NCBI GenBank assembly: GCA_963748045.1
Contig: CAVVIC010000014.1
Coordinates: 282,897-346,896 of the forward strand
From: an uncultured Gammaproteobacteria bacterium
Lineage (GTDB): Bacteria > Pseudomonadota > Gammaproteobacteria > Steroidobacterales > Rariloculaceae
Length of the DNA: 64,000 nucleotides
Reading direction: 5' to 3'
Below, in pieces: positions 10,346 to 21,121 of this stretch. The translations under genes and the position numbers were made by a program. Every line of letters begins with the position of its first letter. The stretch's first letter is position 1. A model generated the notes under the pieces. The model had not been told where the DNA came from. It ran no database searches and saw only the letters and a program-made list of their open reading frames with translations.

Positions 10346-12688
10346 ATGATCGCAGCACAACGACGGCACTCGTTTGTCCGCATTGTCTTGCTGGCTTCGC
10401 CATTCCTAGCAGCGCCGGTACTCGCTCAACAGGCGCTCGAGGAAATCGTGGTCACCGCGCGGATGCGCTCGGAAGCGGTCCAAACGGCGCCCGCGTCCAT
10501 CAAAGCGTTCACGGCAGCCGAGATCGAGGCGGCGGGCATCAATAAGCCGCACGACTTCATCGCACTGACGCCGAACGTCACGATCGTGCAGACGCAGAAC
10601 CCCGGCAACTCGTTCATCACGATTCGCGGCATCTCGCAGGCGCGCAACAGCGACATGCCCGTGGCCGTCGTCGTCGACGGCGTGCTGATGACGAATCCCG
10701 CGCAGTTCAATCAGCAGCTGTTCGACGTCGAGCAGATCGAAGTGCTGAAGGGGCCGCAGGGCGCGCTCTACGGACGCAACGCCATCGGCGGCGCGGTCAC
10801 GATCGTCACGAAGCAGCCGACCGATACCTTCGAGAGCAAGTTACGCGTTGGCGTCGACTCCGGTCCCGGCTACGAGTTTCAGGGCGCGATCAGCGGCCCG
10901 ATCGGCGACAGCAAAGCGTGGAAATATCGCGCGTCGCTGAACTACAACGACACGGACGGCTACCTCGAGAACGAGTACCTGCACCAGAAAGCGGATCCGT
11001 ACAAAGACGTCTCCGGCCGAGTGCGGTTCACGTGGGAGCCGAACGACCGCGTGAAGGGCGACTTCCGCTACGCCCACTCGGGTATCACGACGACCGCGCT
11101 CTACTTCGTCATCAACGACGATTCAGAGAACACTCGGTGGCTTCGTCGGTGTGCCGAACGCGAACGTGTTGAGCCGGCGTCACGATCCCTGCTGGCGACG
11201 TCAACAACTCGAACTACACGGGCTTGCCGATCCTCGTGAACAATCCCGGCGAAGGATTGAAGGACATGGACGAGCTGGCCATGCGGTTCGACATCAAGGG
11301 GAACAAGGGCACCTTCACGTCGATCACGGCGTGGGACGAGCTTGAAGGAGCTGCTGACCGGCGATGCGTTCGACTTCCGTCCGATCGGCCAGTCGTTCAA
11401 CGAGATCTTCTTCCCGGTGTTCAACGGCCTGCCGCCGCTGACCGCAAGCCCGTTCTTCGGCGACTGGAACCAGAGCCAGTACCTCGAGGTGAGCACGCTT
11501 GAGCCAGGAGTTCCGCTTACGCTTCGTCGGAGACGGATCGGTTCCGCTGGAGCGCCGGCGCTTACCTGCTCTCGACGGATCGGTTCATCGGCACGGGCAA
11601 CCTGCTCGACACGGGCACGGGCGTGAGCCGCGTGTACAAGACGCCGCGCACGACGACCGGCTTCCCGTTCGACCTCTCGATCCCGAATCCGCAGGTCACG
11701 TATCTGTCGGACTCGCAGAACAACTTCGCGTGGGCGTTGTTCGGATCGTTGGCGTACGACTTCAGCACCAAGTGGGACGGCACGTTCTCGTTGCGCTACG
11801 ACGAGGACACGCGCGAGCAGACGACGGACACGCCGCCGGGCTTCATTCCGGCCGTCCTCGCGAGCGACCTCGTCACCGGCCAGAAGCGCAAGAAGACCTG
11901 GGACGCGATGCAGCCCAAGTTCACGGTCCGCTTTCGGCCGAGCGACGGCGTCACGCTGTACGGCGACTTGAGCCGCGGCTTCCGCAGCGGCGGCTTCAAC
12001 CAGTCGGGCGTCGCGTTGGCCGGCGTCGCGGGCGTGTTCAACACGTTCGACCAGCAGATCGCGGACACGATCGAGTTCGGCGTGAAGACGCAGCTCGCGA
12101 ACAAACGCGTCAACCTGAACGCGGCCGTCTACTCGACCGATCTTTCCGGCGCGTACTACTTCATCTTCCTCGTGGCTTCGAGCACGCAGAACCTGGGCAG
12201 CCTCGACAAGGTGCACTACAACGGCATCGAGTTCGACATGAACGCGCTCATCACCGACAACTTGGACCTGAACGTCGGGCTGGCGGTGACCGACAGCAAG
12301 ATCAAGGCGGACGCCCAGATCCCGTACGTCGTCGGCAAGCACGCGCCGCTCTCGTCGGACTACACCTTCAATCTCGGCGCGACGTGGACCAAGCCGACGC
12401 GCGCATTCGGCGGTGCGGACCTGGTGCTGCGCGGCGACTACCGGATCATCGGCAAGACCTATTGGGGGCCCGGCGACCCCAGCGTGACGCCGCTGGCGTG
12501 GGACACCTCGCCGCGCGACCCGGTCAACGTGCTCGACGCTCGCGCTGGGCTTCAAAGGCAAGGACTGGTCCGCGACCCTGTGGAGCAAGAACATGCTCGA
12601 CGAGAAGTACAACGACGAGTACACGCACCCGTTCGTGTGGAAAGCGTTGCCTTCGCGCTGGGGCATCGAGTACACGAAGAACTTCTGA
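10346..12688 (+). pseudogene. TonB-dependent outer-membrane receptor; at least 5 frame breaks
   Basis: A signal peptide and plug domain are present (EEIVVTARMRSEAVQTAPASIKAF..IEVLKGPQGALYGRNAIGG). Barrel segments lie in alternating frames (ORFs 10340.., 11224.., 11342.., 11623..). The gene ends ..RWGIEYTKNF with the typical terminal Phe (stop at 12686-12688). Confidence 0.85.
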
Positions 12689-12730
12689 TCGGCGGCTGCG
12701 GCTTCGCCGCGGCAGTCGAGTCCTGAACGC

Positions 12731-12765
12731 GGCCGGTGTCGGCGACGACACCGGCCTTTTCGTTT
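12731..12765 (+). terminator. Rho-independent terminator after the TonB-dependent receptor
   Basis: Stem GGCCGGTGTC (12731-12740) pairs with GACACCGGCC (12747-12756) across a 6-nt loop, followed by TTTTCGTTT. Confidence 0.75.
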
Positions 12766-13954
12766 ACATCACACCGATCGCATCGATCTGAAACCGCGCG
12801 TTGGGATCGTCGCCGATCGCCGGCACCTGCATGAACGTGGCTGCAGGCGGGTGGGCGAGAAGTTGCGGCGCATGCTGCCGATAGTAGGCGAGCTCGGTCG
12901 CGCGCATCACCGCATAGTCCTCGACATCGCGCAGCATCAGTGTGGTCTTGACGACTTTGTTCATCGAACTGCCGGCGCGTTGCATCGCAGCCCGGACCTT
13001 GTCGAGCGCTGCGACGATTTGCTGCTCGATGGACCGTGACACAACTCCGCCGGCCGACCCGTCGCAACCGGAAAGAAACAGCAGGTGGCCCGCGGCTACG
13101 GCGCCGGCGTGGTAGCGCGTCGCCCATCCCGGCGCTTTCGCGTCGGCGACGCCAAAGGCTTCGACCTCGATCAGGAATTCGCGCCGCGGCAGCTCGGTCA
13201 TCACGAACACCGTGCTCGCGGGTGGGCGGTCCACGAAGACGGGCGCGTGCGCGCGGAAGAACGCCCGCTCCACGTCGCGGTAGCGGCGCAGCATGGCCGC
13301 ATCCTTGATGAACACGTTGGTCTTGACGACGTTCGCGAGTGTGCCGCCGGTCTCCTCCATCGCGACCTTGATCTTGTCGAGCACAATGCGCGACTGCGTG
13401 TCGAAGTCGTTGGTCTCGACCTTCACCGTGGCATGGTCGAGCGCCTGACAGCCGGAGACGATCAGAAGGTTGCCGACCGATTGGCTGCGCGCAAACTTCG
13501 CATGCTCCTTCGGCACGTGCGGATAGGCGAGCTCGCGGCCGCCCCAGAACTCCGGATAGTATTTGACGGCCCAGTCCGCACGGCCGCGATCGGCCGCGCC
13601 GATCGCTTCGTACTGCACCTTGAGCTCCGGCCGCGCCAGTGATGGCACCACCATCAGCGTCGCCGCCGGCGGCGTCGTCACCAGTTGCGGTGCGTGTTTC
13701 TCGTAGTACTCCGTCTCCGTCTTGCGCACGCGCGCGTAGTCGTCGAGGTTCGTGATCAGGAAGAATGTCTTGACGATATTCGCCATCGAACCGCCGGCCA
13801 CCTGCATGGCAAGCCGCGCGTTGTCGAGCGCCGCAACGACCTGATCTTCGACGCGCGCCGAGTCGGGACTGCCGGTGCAGCCTGAGAGGAACACGACGTT
13901 GCCGACAACGACGCAGCGCGCGGGCTCCGGGAAGTACCTGACGGTCCAATCCAC
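12764..13954 (-). CDS. Protein made of three tandem RidA/YjgF/UK114 (endoribonuclease L-PSP) domains
   Basis: Intact 396-aa ORF with a GTG start. Three repeats of about 120-150 aa each carry ..(F/I)LSGC.. near the start, ..M/LANVVKT.. in the middle and ..PPA(A/S)T....(E/D)A(I/F)G.. at the end. Confidence 0.8.
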   Translation of the reverse strand: MDWTVRYFPEPARCVVVGNVVFLSGCTGSPDSARVEDQVVAALDNARLAMQVAGGSMANIVKTFFLITNLDDYARVRKTETEYYEKHAPQLVTTPPAATLMVVPSLARPELKVQYEAIGAADRGRADWAVKYYPEFWGGRELAYPHVPKEHAKFARSQSVGNLLIVSGCQALDHATVKVETNDFDTQSRIVLDKIKVAMEETGGTLANVVKTNVFIKDAAMLRRYRDVERAFFRAHAPVFVDRPPASTVFVMTELPRREFLIEVEAFGVADAKAPGWATRYHAGAVAAGHLLFLSGCDGSAGGVVSRSIEQQIVAALDKVRAAMQRAGSSMNKVVKTTLMLRDVEDYAVMRATELAYYRQHAPQLLAHPPAATFMQVPAIGDDPNARFQIDAIGVM

Positions 13955-14067
13955 GATGTGTCGCCTCGGCTACGCGCTGTTCGCGGCTCGTGATGTTAGT
14001 GACATGATACGGTCTTGGACGGCTACGTTACGCTGATCCTCGGCGGCGTATTACAGGGGAGGCATCG

Positions 14068-14430
14068 ATGGATCGCACGCACAGAGCTCCCGTATCGCAT
14101 CACCCGTTGCACGTTGCGGTGAGCATGACGGCACGCGGCGCCGTGCTGCTGCCGCTCGCGGCCGTCGTCCTTGCGATGGGCATGTCGATTTATCACTGGG
14201 TCGAAGGGCTACCCTGGCCCGACGCGTTCTTGAACGCCGCGATGCTGCTCGGCGGCATGGGCCCCGTGAACCCGCTGACGACGACGGCGGGCAAGTGGCT
14301 TGCGGGCGGTTACGCGCTGTTCGCAGGGCTGTTCTTCATCGTGCTCGCGGGCGTCATGCTCGGCCCCGCGATTCACGCGGTGCTGCACCGGATTCATCTC
14401 GAGACCACGGCCGATCGCAAGGGCGACTGA
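14068..14430 (+). CDS. Small 2-TM membrane protein with a K+-channel-like pore-loop arrangement
   Basis: GGGGAGG lies upstream of the ATG. The layout is TM1 (AVLLPLAAVVLAMGMSIY), a pore-helix-like WPDAFLNAAMLLGGMGPVNPLTTTAGKW, then TM2 (LAGGYALFAGLFFIVLAGVML). Confidence 0.5.
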   Translation: MDRTHRAPVSHHPLHVAVSMTARGAVLLPLAAVVLAMGMSIYHWVEGLPWPDAFLNAAMLLGGMGPVNPLTTTAGKWLAGGYALFAGLFFIVLAGVMLGPAIHAVLHRIHLETTADRKGD

Positions 14431-14509
14431 GCTCTTGCACTTCGCCGCGGGTCGACGTGCGGAGGGCGGCAGTCCCTCACGTGAGGGATTTCGCACCACC
14501 ATGGTGCGC

Positions 14510-14959
14510 TCAGCGTGCGAGCGCGCGGTCGACGCGTTGGCGGATCGCGGCCTTCGGCAAGGCGCCGACAATGCGGTCGACTTCGCGGCCGTTCACCATC
14601 ACGAGCAGCGTCGGGATGCTGCGCACGTCGAAGCGCGCGGCGGTCCCTGGGTTGTCGTCGACGTTGAGCTTCACTACGCGGACCTTGCCCGCGAGCTCGG
14701 CCGCGAGGTCGTCCACGATCGGGCCGACCGTGCGGCATGGTCCGCACCACGGCGCCCACGCATCCACCAGCACGGGCAGCGGCGAGCGTTCTACTTCTGC
14801 GGCGAACGTCGCGTCGGTCACGGTCAGCGGTCCGGCGGCTGCGACGAGCTGCGCCTTGCACTTGCCGCATACGGGCTGAAGGCCAGCCACGAGCTTGTCC
14901 TGCGGCACGCGGTTGTTGGCGCCGCAGTGTGCGCAGCGAATCAGCATGGTGTCGGCCAT
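14510..14959 (-). CDS. trxC: Thioredoxin 2 (N-terminal zinc-finger type)
   Basis: Two N-terminal CxxC pairs (RCAHCGANN...VCGKCKAQL) are followed by the WCGPC active site and a thioredoxin fold. The ORF is intact. Confidence 0.9.
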   Translation of the reverse strand: MADTMLIRCAHCGANNRVPQDKLVAGLQPVCGKCKAQLVAAAGPLTVTDATFAAEVERSPLPVLVDAWAPWCGPCRTVGPIVDDLAAELAGKVRVVKLNVDDNPGTAARFDVRSIPTLLVMVNGREVDRIVGALPKAAIRQRVDRALAR

Positions 14960-15058
14960 TCAAATCTCCGGCGGGTGTTTGTAGCGAGATGGGGTCGATT
15001 CTATCCGGCGTCAAGCTGCCGCTCGTCGGGCTTGGCGCAGGTGCCATAATCGCTGGCG

Positions 15059-15463
15059 ATGCAGTCGCCTCTCCGCGCAATCACGGTCTGTGTCGTGCTC
15101 GCGGGCGCGCTACTCGGCGCGGCCGTTGCCGCGGCGCCGCCGCCTGTTTCGCCGACGGCATCGCGCACCGAGCTCGAGCGGTGGTTCCGCTCCCGCCCCA
15201 ACAGCCACGTCGTGATGGCCGCGCCGCGCGACTGGCAGTATTCGTTCGCCGCTGCCGACGGCCGCGCACTCGAGGCGTTGTCCGTGGCGCTGGTCCGCGA
15301 GGGCTACGCAATCGTGGCGCTCGAAGGTGGCCGCACGTCGACGCTGCTGATGGGCAAGGTCGAGTTGCACTCGCCGTTGACGCTCTTGCAGCGCAACAAG
15401 GAGCTGCAACAGATGGCCCGCAGGCACGGCGCACGCTATGCGGGCGCAGTCCTGAAGGACTGA
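15059..15463 (+). CDS. Secreted small protein, RraB/DUF695-like domain (tentative)
   Basis: It has a signal peptide (MQSPLRAITVCVVLAGALLGAAVAAA). The C-terminal pattern ..EALSVALVREGYAIVALE..ELQQMARRHGARYAG resembles RraB-like domains. The family assignment was made by eye only. Confidence 0.4.
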   Translation: MQSPLRAITVCVVLAGALLGAAVAAAPPPVSPTASRTELERWFRSRPNSHVVMAAPRDWQYSFAAADGRALEALSVALVREGYAIVALEGGRTSTLLMGKVELHSPLTLLQRNKELQQMARRHGARYAGAVLKD

Positions 15464-15736
15464 CGACTCGCAAGGCCGTCCACTTGACCTGCAGCGCGAT
15501 CGCGTTTGGCGCCATCGTGCGCCGAGCGGTACACGGAGCTCGACGAGATCGCGACCGGTGCGTTGCCGCTGCCCGCGGGTCTCGGCGCCGTCGATCTCGT
15601 GGATTTCTCCTAGCCCGCACTGCGGGCGGAGCCCCGTTTCTTAAGCTTTCGTGCGAGAGGGCCTCGCGCGCTTGACCGCGCGCCTGCGGCGCGCATCATG
15701 GGGCACTCGAGCGCAACATCTTCCGGGGGGAAACCA

Positions 15737-17246
15737 ATGTTCGCAACGCTCATCGCCGCCCAACTCGCGGGCGCACTCAACATGCCGTGCGAGCAGCTCG
15801 GCACCATCGCTCTCGAACGCACCACGATCACGAGCGCCACGTCGGTGGCCGCCGGCGTGTTCAAGCCGCCCGCGAATGCCGGCGGCCCGCCGCCGCCGCC
15901 GAACGCGCCGGCGCCGCAACCGATACCCGGAGCACTGTCGCCTCACGATGGTGTTGAAGCCGACGCCGGATTCGAACATCAACGTCGAGCTCTGGCTGCC
16001 GACGCAGAACTGGAACGGCAAGTTCCTCGCGGTCGGCAACGGCGGCTGGGCCGGCGCGATCCAGGGCTACGGCGACATGCAGGAAGCGCTGCGCCGCGGC
16101 TACGCGACCGCGGGCACCGACACGGGCCACTCCGCCGCCGACGGCCCGGCCGGCATGTTCGCGCTCGGCCATCCCGGAGAAGATCGTCGACTTCGCGTAT
16201 CGCGCGCTGCACGACATGACCGTGAAGTCGAAGAAGATGATCGATGTCTTCTACTCGAAGCCGCTCGACTACTCCTATTACAAGGGCTGCTCGACGGGCG
16301 GCCGCCAGGGCGTCATGGCCGCGCAGCGCTACCCCGGCGACTACGACGGCATCATCGCGGGCGCGCTCGCGAACCGGCACATCCACATGCACACGGCCGG
16401 CGCGTATCGCGCGCATGCAGCTCGCGCTGCATCCCGAGCTGCAGGTCAGCGAAGCCGAAAGCGAAGCTCGTGAACGACGCCGTGCATGAACAAGTGCGAC
16501 ACGCTGCACGAGGGCTTCCTGAACAATCCGCGCACGTGCTCGTTCGACTTCGCGTCGCTCGCGTGCAAAGCCGGCGCTCCGGCGACACGTGCCTCACGCC
16601 GGGCGAGCTGAAGATCGGTGCAGACTTATTACGGCGGCGTGAAGAACAGCAAGGGCGAGCTGATCTTCTCCGGCCAGGCGCTCGGCGTGCCGCTGCCGCC
16701 GCTCGATGGCGCTCGAAGGACGCGCCGAACCCGTTCGCGTTCGACTCGATCCGGATCCTCGGTTTCCAGAACGCGAACTACGATTGGCACGAGTTCGATC
16801 TCGACCGCGACATGCCGAAGATCGACGCGACGGTCGGGCTTCGTCGACGCCGTGAATCCGGATCTGCGCGCGTTCAAGGCGGCCGGCGGCAAGCTGCTGC
16901 TGTACGCCGGCTGGCGCGACACCGGCATCACGCCGGAAAACACCGTGCTGTACTACGAGAGCGTGCGCAAGGAGCTCGGGCCCGAGCAGGGCGAGTGGAT
17001 GCGGATGTTCCTCGTGCCCGGCATGGGCCACTGCCGCGGCGGTCCCGGGCGTCGACACGTTCGATTCGTTGAGCGCGCTCGAGCAGTGGCGCGAGAAGGA
17101 CAAGGCGCCGCCGCGAGATCATGGCGAAGAACCGCGAGACCGGCATGGCGCGCCCGCTGTGCCCGTATCCGCAGGCCGCGCAGTACAAGGGCTCGGGCGA
17201 TCTGAAGGACGCCGCGAACTGGCAGTGCGCGCTCCCAAAACAGTAG
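15737..17246 (+). pseudogene. Tannase/feruloyl-esterase family hydrolase; at least 8 frame breaks
   Basis: Hallmark segments are scattered over all three plus frames: ..PTPDSNINVELWLPTQNWNGKFLAVGNGGWAG.., ..YKGCSTGGRQGVMAAQRYPGDYDGIIAGA.., ..LVPGMGHCRGGPG.. and ..PLCPYPQAAQYKGSGD... The stop is at 17244-17246. Confidence 0.85.
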
Positions 17247-17266
17247 CCGTCCGACGCGGGCCGTCG

Positions 17267-18537
17267 TTACTTCAAGACGCGACGAGCGCGAGTGTGGCGG
17301 ACGATCAGTAGCTGCGCGACGAGCGTAACGGCGGCTGCCGCGGACACGTAGTAGCCGACGGACGCAATGCCGAAGCTCGCGGCCAGGTACGTGGCGATGT
17401 ACGGCGCGATCGAGCCGCCGAGAATGCCGGCGATGCTGTACGTCAACGACGCGCCCGTGTAACGAACGGCGGTCGGGAACAGCTCGGCCATCGCGGCGCC
17501 GAGCGGGCCATACGTGAAGCCGTTCAACGCGAAGCCGATCGACAAGAAAGACGGCCGCGGCAACGGTTTCGCCCGTCGAAAACAGCGGCACCAACATCAG
17601 GCCGAACGACGATCGCGCCGAGGCTGGAAGCGATCAGCATCGGCTGTCTGCCGTAGCGATCCGCCGCGATCGATCGAGATCGCAATCGTGGCACCGAAGA
17701 ACAGCACGCCGATCATCTGCAGCAGCAGAAACTCCTGTCGCGAGAAGCCGAGCGCGGTCGTGCCCCAGCTCAGCGTGAACACCGTCATGAGGTAGGACAT
17801 TACGAACGTCGTTACCGCGGCCAGCGTCGCGAGCACGAGCACGTAGGGTTGATTGCGAATGACGCTCACGAGCGGCACGCGCACGCGCTCTCGCCGCTCG
17901 ATGGCGCGTTGAAACGCGGGCGTCTCGGTCGAGCTGTAGACGCACATAGAGACCTACGAGCACGAGCACGGTGCTGGCGAGGAACGGTATGCGCCAACCC
18001 CAGGCGATGAAGTCCGCGTCGCTCTGCAACGCCGTCAGCGCGATGAAGGTGCCGGTCGACAACAGAAGGCCCAGCGGCGCGCCGAGCTGCGGGAACATGC
18101 TGTAGAGGCTTTCCTTGCCGGGCGGCGCGTTCTCGGTCGCGAGCAGCACGGCGCCGCCCCATTCGCCGCCGAGCCCGAGTGCCCTGGCCGAACCGGCAGA
18201 GCGCGAGCAATAGCGGCGCGGCGAGCCCGATCGAGGCGTAGGTCGGCAGCACGCCGATCGCGACGGTCGAGAGGCCCATCGTGAGCAGCGCCGCGACGAG
18301 CGTGGCCTTGCGGCCGATGCGATCGCCGAAGTGTCCGAACAGCGCCGAGCCCACGGGCCGCGCCACGAACGCGAGCGCGAACGTCGCCAACGATTGCAGC
18401 CTCGCCGTGACTTCGTCGCCCGCCGGGAAGAACAGCTGCGGAAACACGAGCACGGCGGCCGTGCCGTAGATGTAGAAGTCGAAGAATTCGATCGCCGTGC
18501 CGATCAGGCTGGCGAACAACGTCCGGCGGATCGTCAT
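17267..18537 (-). pseudogene. MFS transporter (metabolite:H+ symporter type); at least 5 frame breaks
   Basis: Segments in alternating frames: MTIRRTLFASLIGTAIEFFDFYIYGTAAVLVF.., ..GHFGDRIGRKATL.., ..GWRIPFLASTVLVLVGLYVR.., ..ADRYGRQPMLIASSLG.. and ..FPTAVRYTGASLTYSIAGILGG... The ATG at 18537 overlaps the upstream stop (ATGA). Confidence 0.8.
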
Positions 18538-19433
18538 GCCGAGCGCGTCGAGGCGCCGAATACGCGCCGTGCCGTGCCGAACAGCACGGCCTCGCGCTCG
18601 GCGTCGTTCAGCAACGCCAGCGATTGGCGCAGCTCGCCGACGATGCGCGCATACGGACCCGGCGTCTGACCGATGTCCGTGCCGCACAGGATCCGCTCCG
18701 CGCCGAACTCGTCGACGAACCGGCGCACGAACTGCGCGGCGTCGACCTGCATCGCTTCGAGATACTCGAGATTCATGCCCGTCAGCTTGTAGTGAACGTT
18801 GCGGTGTTCGCGTAGCGCCAGCAGCGCGTGCGAGATTGCGTAGTCCGGCGGACCGGGGAACGGCAGCGGCCGGCCCTCGCTGACCTTGTCGAGAAACTGC
18901 ACGGGCGCGTGCGGCATGCCGAGATGATCGATCACGATCGGTAGCTCGGGGAACATCTCGGCGAGCATGCCGAGCGCCGGCAGATTGTAGGGCAGGTGGC
19001 GCACGTAGCCGATGACGCACACGGGCACGCCGAGTTTCGCCGCCTCTTCCCACAGACGCATGCGTCGAAGGTGCGTTCAACCACGCCGTGTCGTAGCGCG
19101 TGTGGTGCAACGTTGCCAACCGCAGCGCGGCAATGCGCTGGCGTTTGGCCATGGAACGCAATTGCAGCAGACGCTTTGCCGTCGAGCCCGTCCAGCATGA
19201 CGACCGCGCGAGAGCCGCTGCGCGTGCGGCCGCGACGCGTCGAGCACGTAGGAGTTGTCGACGAAGTAGTAGTGGAAGCGCTGCACGGCGCAGGCGTGGG
19301 AAACGCCGGCGGCGTCCATGTCGGCGAGCAATTGCTCGACCGGATACGGCGGCGTCGTGCTGCTGCGCCCCTCCGCGGAGGGCGGATAGCGCACGGCGTC
19401 CGCCGACAGGATGTGCGCGTGCGTGTCGAACAT
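18534..19433 (-). pseudogene. Amidohydrolase-2 family (PF04909-like) metal hydrolase/decarboxylase; about 3 frame breaks
   Basis: The N-terminus MFDTHAHILSADAVRYPP.. is in ORF 19077..19433. The C-terminal half is in ORF 18534..19061 (..LPIVIDHLGMP..ILCGTDIGQTPG..). The short middle pieces lie in the other frames. Confidence 0.75.
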
Positions 19434-19458
19434 CGGCTCGAGCGGTCATCGCGGTGGC

Positions 19459-20256
19459 TCAGGCCTTATTGCGGCCGTAAGCAGAGTTGAAGTCCTGCAG
19501 AGCGGAGGCGGCGGCCTGGCGCATGAAGCTTTGGTCCGACAGCACCATCATGGCCGTGACGCCGAGGTTCATGAGCCACTTGGCTTCGTCCGAGTTCATC
19601 GCCGGCACCACGGCCGCGAGCGGCTTGTCGTGCTTGCGCGCCGCGGCGGCCACGATCTCGACGGCCTCCTTCAGCGTGGGCGCCGGCCCCGTGGCGTTGC
19701 TGAGCGAGAGACCTAGGTCGCCGCGCCCGAGAAACAGGCAATCGACACCGGGCACCGCGGCGATCTCGTCGATGACGTCGATGGCCTGCCGGTCTTCGAT
19801 CATCGCGATCACCGTCGTGGTCTTGTCCGCGAACGGCAGGTGGTCCGCGCCGCGCGCGCCGTACTCGCCGCCGCGGCCGATCCCGAGCCCGCGCGAGCCG
19901 CCTTTGTAGTGCGACCACGAGACGATGTCGCGCGCCTTCTGCGCGGAATCGACGTGCGGCACCATGACGCCGATCGCGCCGTCGTCGAGCACGGAGAGAA
20001 TGCTCGTGGCGTCGGGTCGCGCGATGCGCACGATGCCTGCCGTGCCGAACGCGCGCGCGGCGAGCAGCCCGGTGTCGAGCGTGCCGCGGTCCCACGGCGC
20101 GTGCTCCGCGTCGAGCACCACGAAGTCGTAGCCGAGCCCGCCGATGATCTCGGTGTTGTGCGCGCCCGGGGTCTTCATGAACGTGCCGATCAGCGGTTCG
20201 CGTGCGTGCAGCCGTTCGCGGAAGGCGCGCGGATCGGGGCGAGTGGCGGCGTTCAT
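19459..20256 (-). CDS. HpcH/HpaI-family 2-keto-3-deoxy-acid aldolase
   Basis: The intact 265-aa reading frame starts at the internal ATG 20256 of ORF 19459..20790. Supporting segments: ..GTFMKTPGAHNTEIIGGLGYDFVVLDAEHAP.., ..VRIARPDATSILSVLDDGAIGVMVPHVDS.. and ..GGSRGLG... Confidence 0.85.
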   Translation of the reverse strand: MNAATRPDPRAFRERLHAREPLIGTFMKTPGAHNTEIIGGLGYDFVVLDAEHAPWDRGTLDTGLLAARAFGTAGIVRIARPDATSILSVLDDGAIGVMVPHVDSAQKARDIVSWSHYKGGSRGLGIGRGGEYGARGADHLPFADKTTTVIAMIEDRQAIDVIDEIAAVPGVDCLFLGRGDLGLSLSNATGPAPTLKEAVEIVAAAARKHDKPLAAVVPAMNSDEAKWLMNLGVTAMMVLSDQSFMRQAAASALQDFNSAYGRNKA

Positions 20257-20267
20257 GCTGGCGTTCC

Positions 20268-21121
20268 TCAAGAGAAATAGAATTTGAGTGCGGTGTCGGA
20301 GATCGCGCGGCGCGTGCGCGCATCGGGCACCGCGGCTTCGAACGCGTCGAGCGTATCGCGGTACGAGACTGCGCCTTCGTGGCCGACGAACGGGCAGTCG
20401 CTGCCCCACAGCAGGCGCTCGGGGCCCACGCGCTCGAGCAGATACCGGTCGAACTCCGCCTCGGTCTGCCTGCGCGCGGGCGTAGTCCTCCGCGCTGCGC
20501 GGCGGCGAACGCGGCGAGAAGCGAAACCCCGCGGAGATCTTCATCCACACGTTGCCCGCATCGATCGCTTTCAGCGCCGCCGCGACCTTCGCGCAGCTCG
20601 GCCCCTGGCCGGGGTCGGGATTGCTGAAGTGATCGATCACGACCTTGACGCCGGACGCGCGCAGCACGTCGAGCGCATCGGCGAACACGCGTTCCTCCGC
20701 GAGGAAATGGACGTGCCAGTCGAGCTCGCGCACGTGTCTCGAGCAGGCGCTGGTAGTCGGCGCTGCGCAGATCGGCGACTTCGCCTGCAAGCTGCGCGGA
20801 GAGGAACAGGCGCACGCCGACGACGCCGGCGTCCTTCATCGCCTGCAGCTCGCGAGCGTCGATCGTCGGCGGAACGTTCACCGTGCCGCGCAAGCGCGGA
20901 TACTGCTCGAGCTTCGCGAGCATGTAGTCGTTGTAGTAGCCGTAGAGGCTGATGCCGGCGACGACCGCAAAGCCAACGCCGTGCGCGTCCAGCGTGGCGA
21001 TCAGGTCTTCACCCGTGAAGCTGTACGTCGGGCGGATCCACGCGTTGCGCGCGAGCGGCATGTCCTGCGTGAAGATGTGAACGTGCGAATCGACGATCGG
21101 CGCTTCGGCCGCGCTGCTCAT
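20268..21121 (-). pseudogene. Second amidohydrolase-2 family protein; 2 frame breaks
   Basis: MSSAAEAPIVDSHVHIF.. (frame of ORF 19466..21238), then ..ELDWHVHFLAEERVF..VKVVIDHFSNP.. (frame of ORF 19459..20790), then a hand-read third frame ..LLWGSDCPFVGHEGAVSYRDTLDAFE..ALKFYFS with its stop at 20268. The ATG overlaps the upstream stop (ATGA). Confidence 0.75.

Noticed and set aside
14473-14510. A 16-bp perfect palindrome TCCCTCACGTGAGGGA followed by GCACCA-CCA-TGGTGC, between the channel-like gene and trxC.
   Set aside because: These probably help terminate the two convergent genes. Neither is followed by a proper T-run on either strand, so I did not call a terminator or a protein-binding site.
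15491-15613. A short plus-frame stretch ending ..AERYTELDEIATGALPLPAGLGAVDLVDFS-stop in the 273-nt gap before the tannase gene.
   Set aside because: It looks protein-like and could be another gene stub. However, it is only about 35-40 codons with no recognisable family, which is too little to support a feature.
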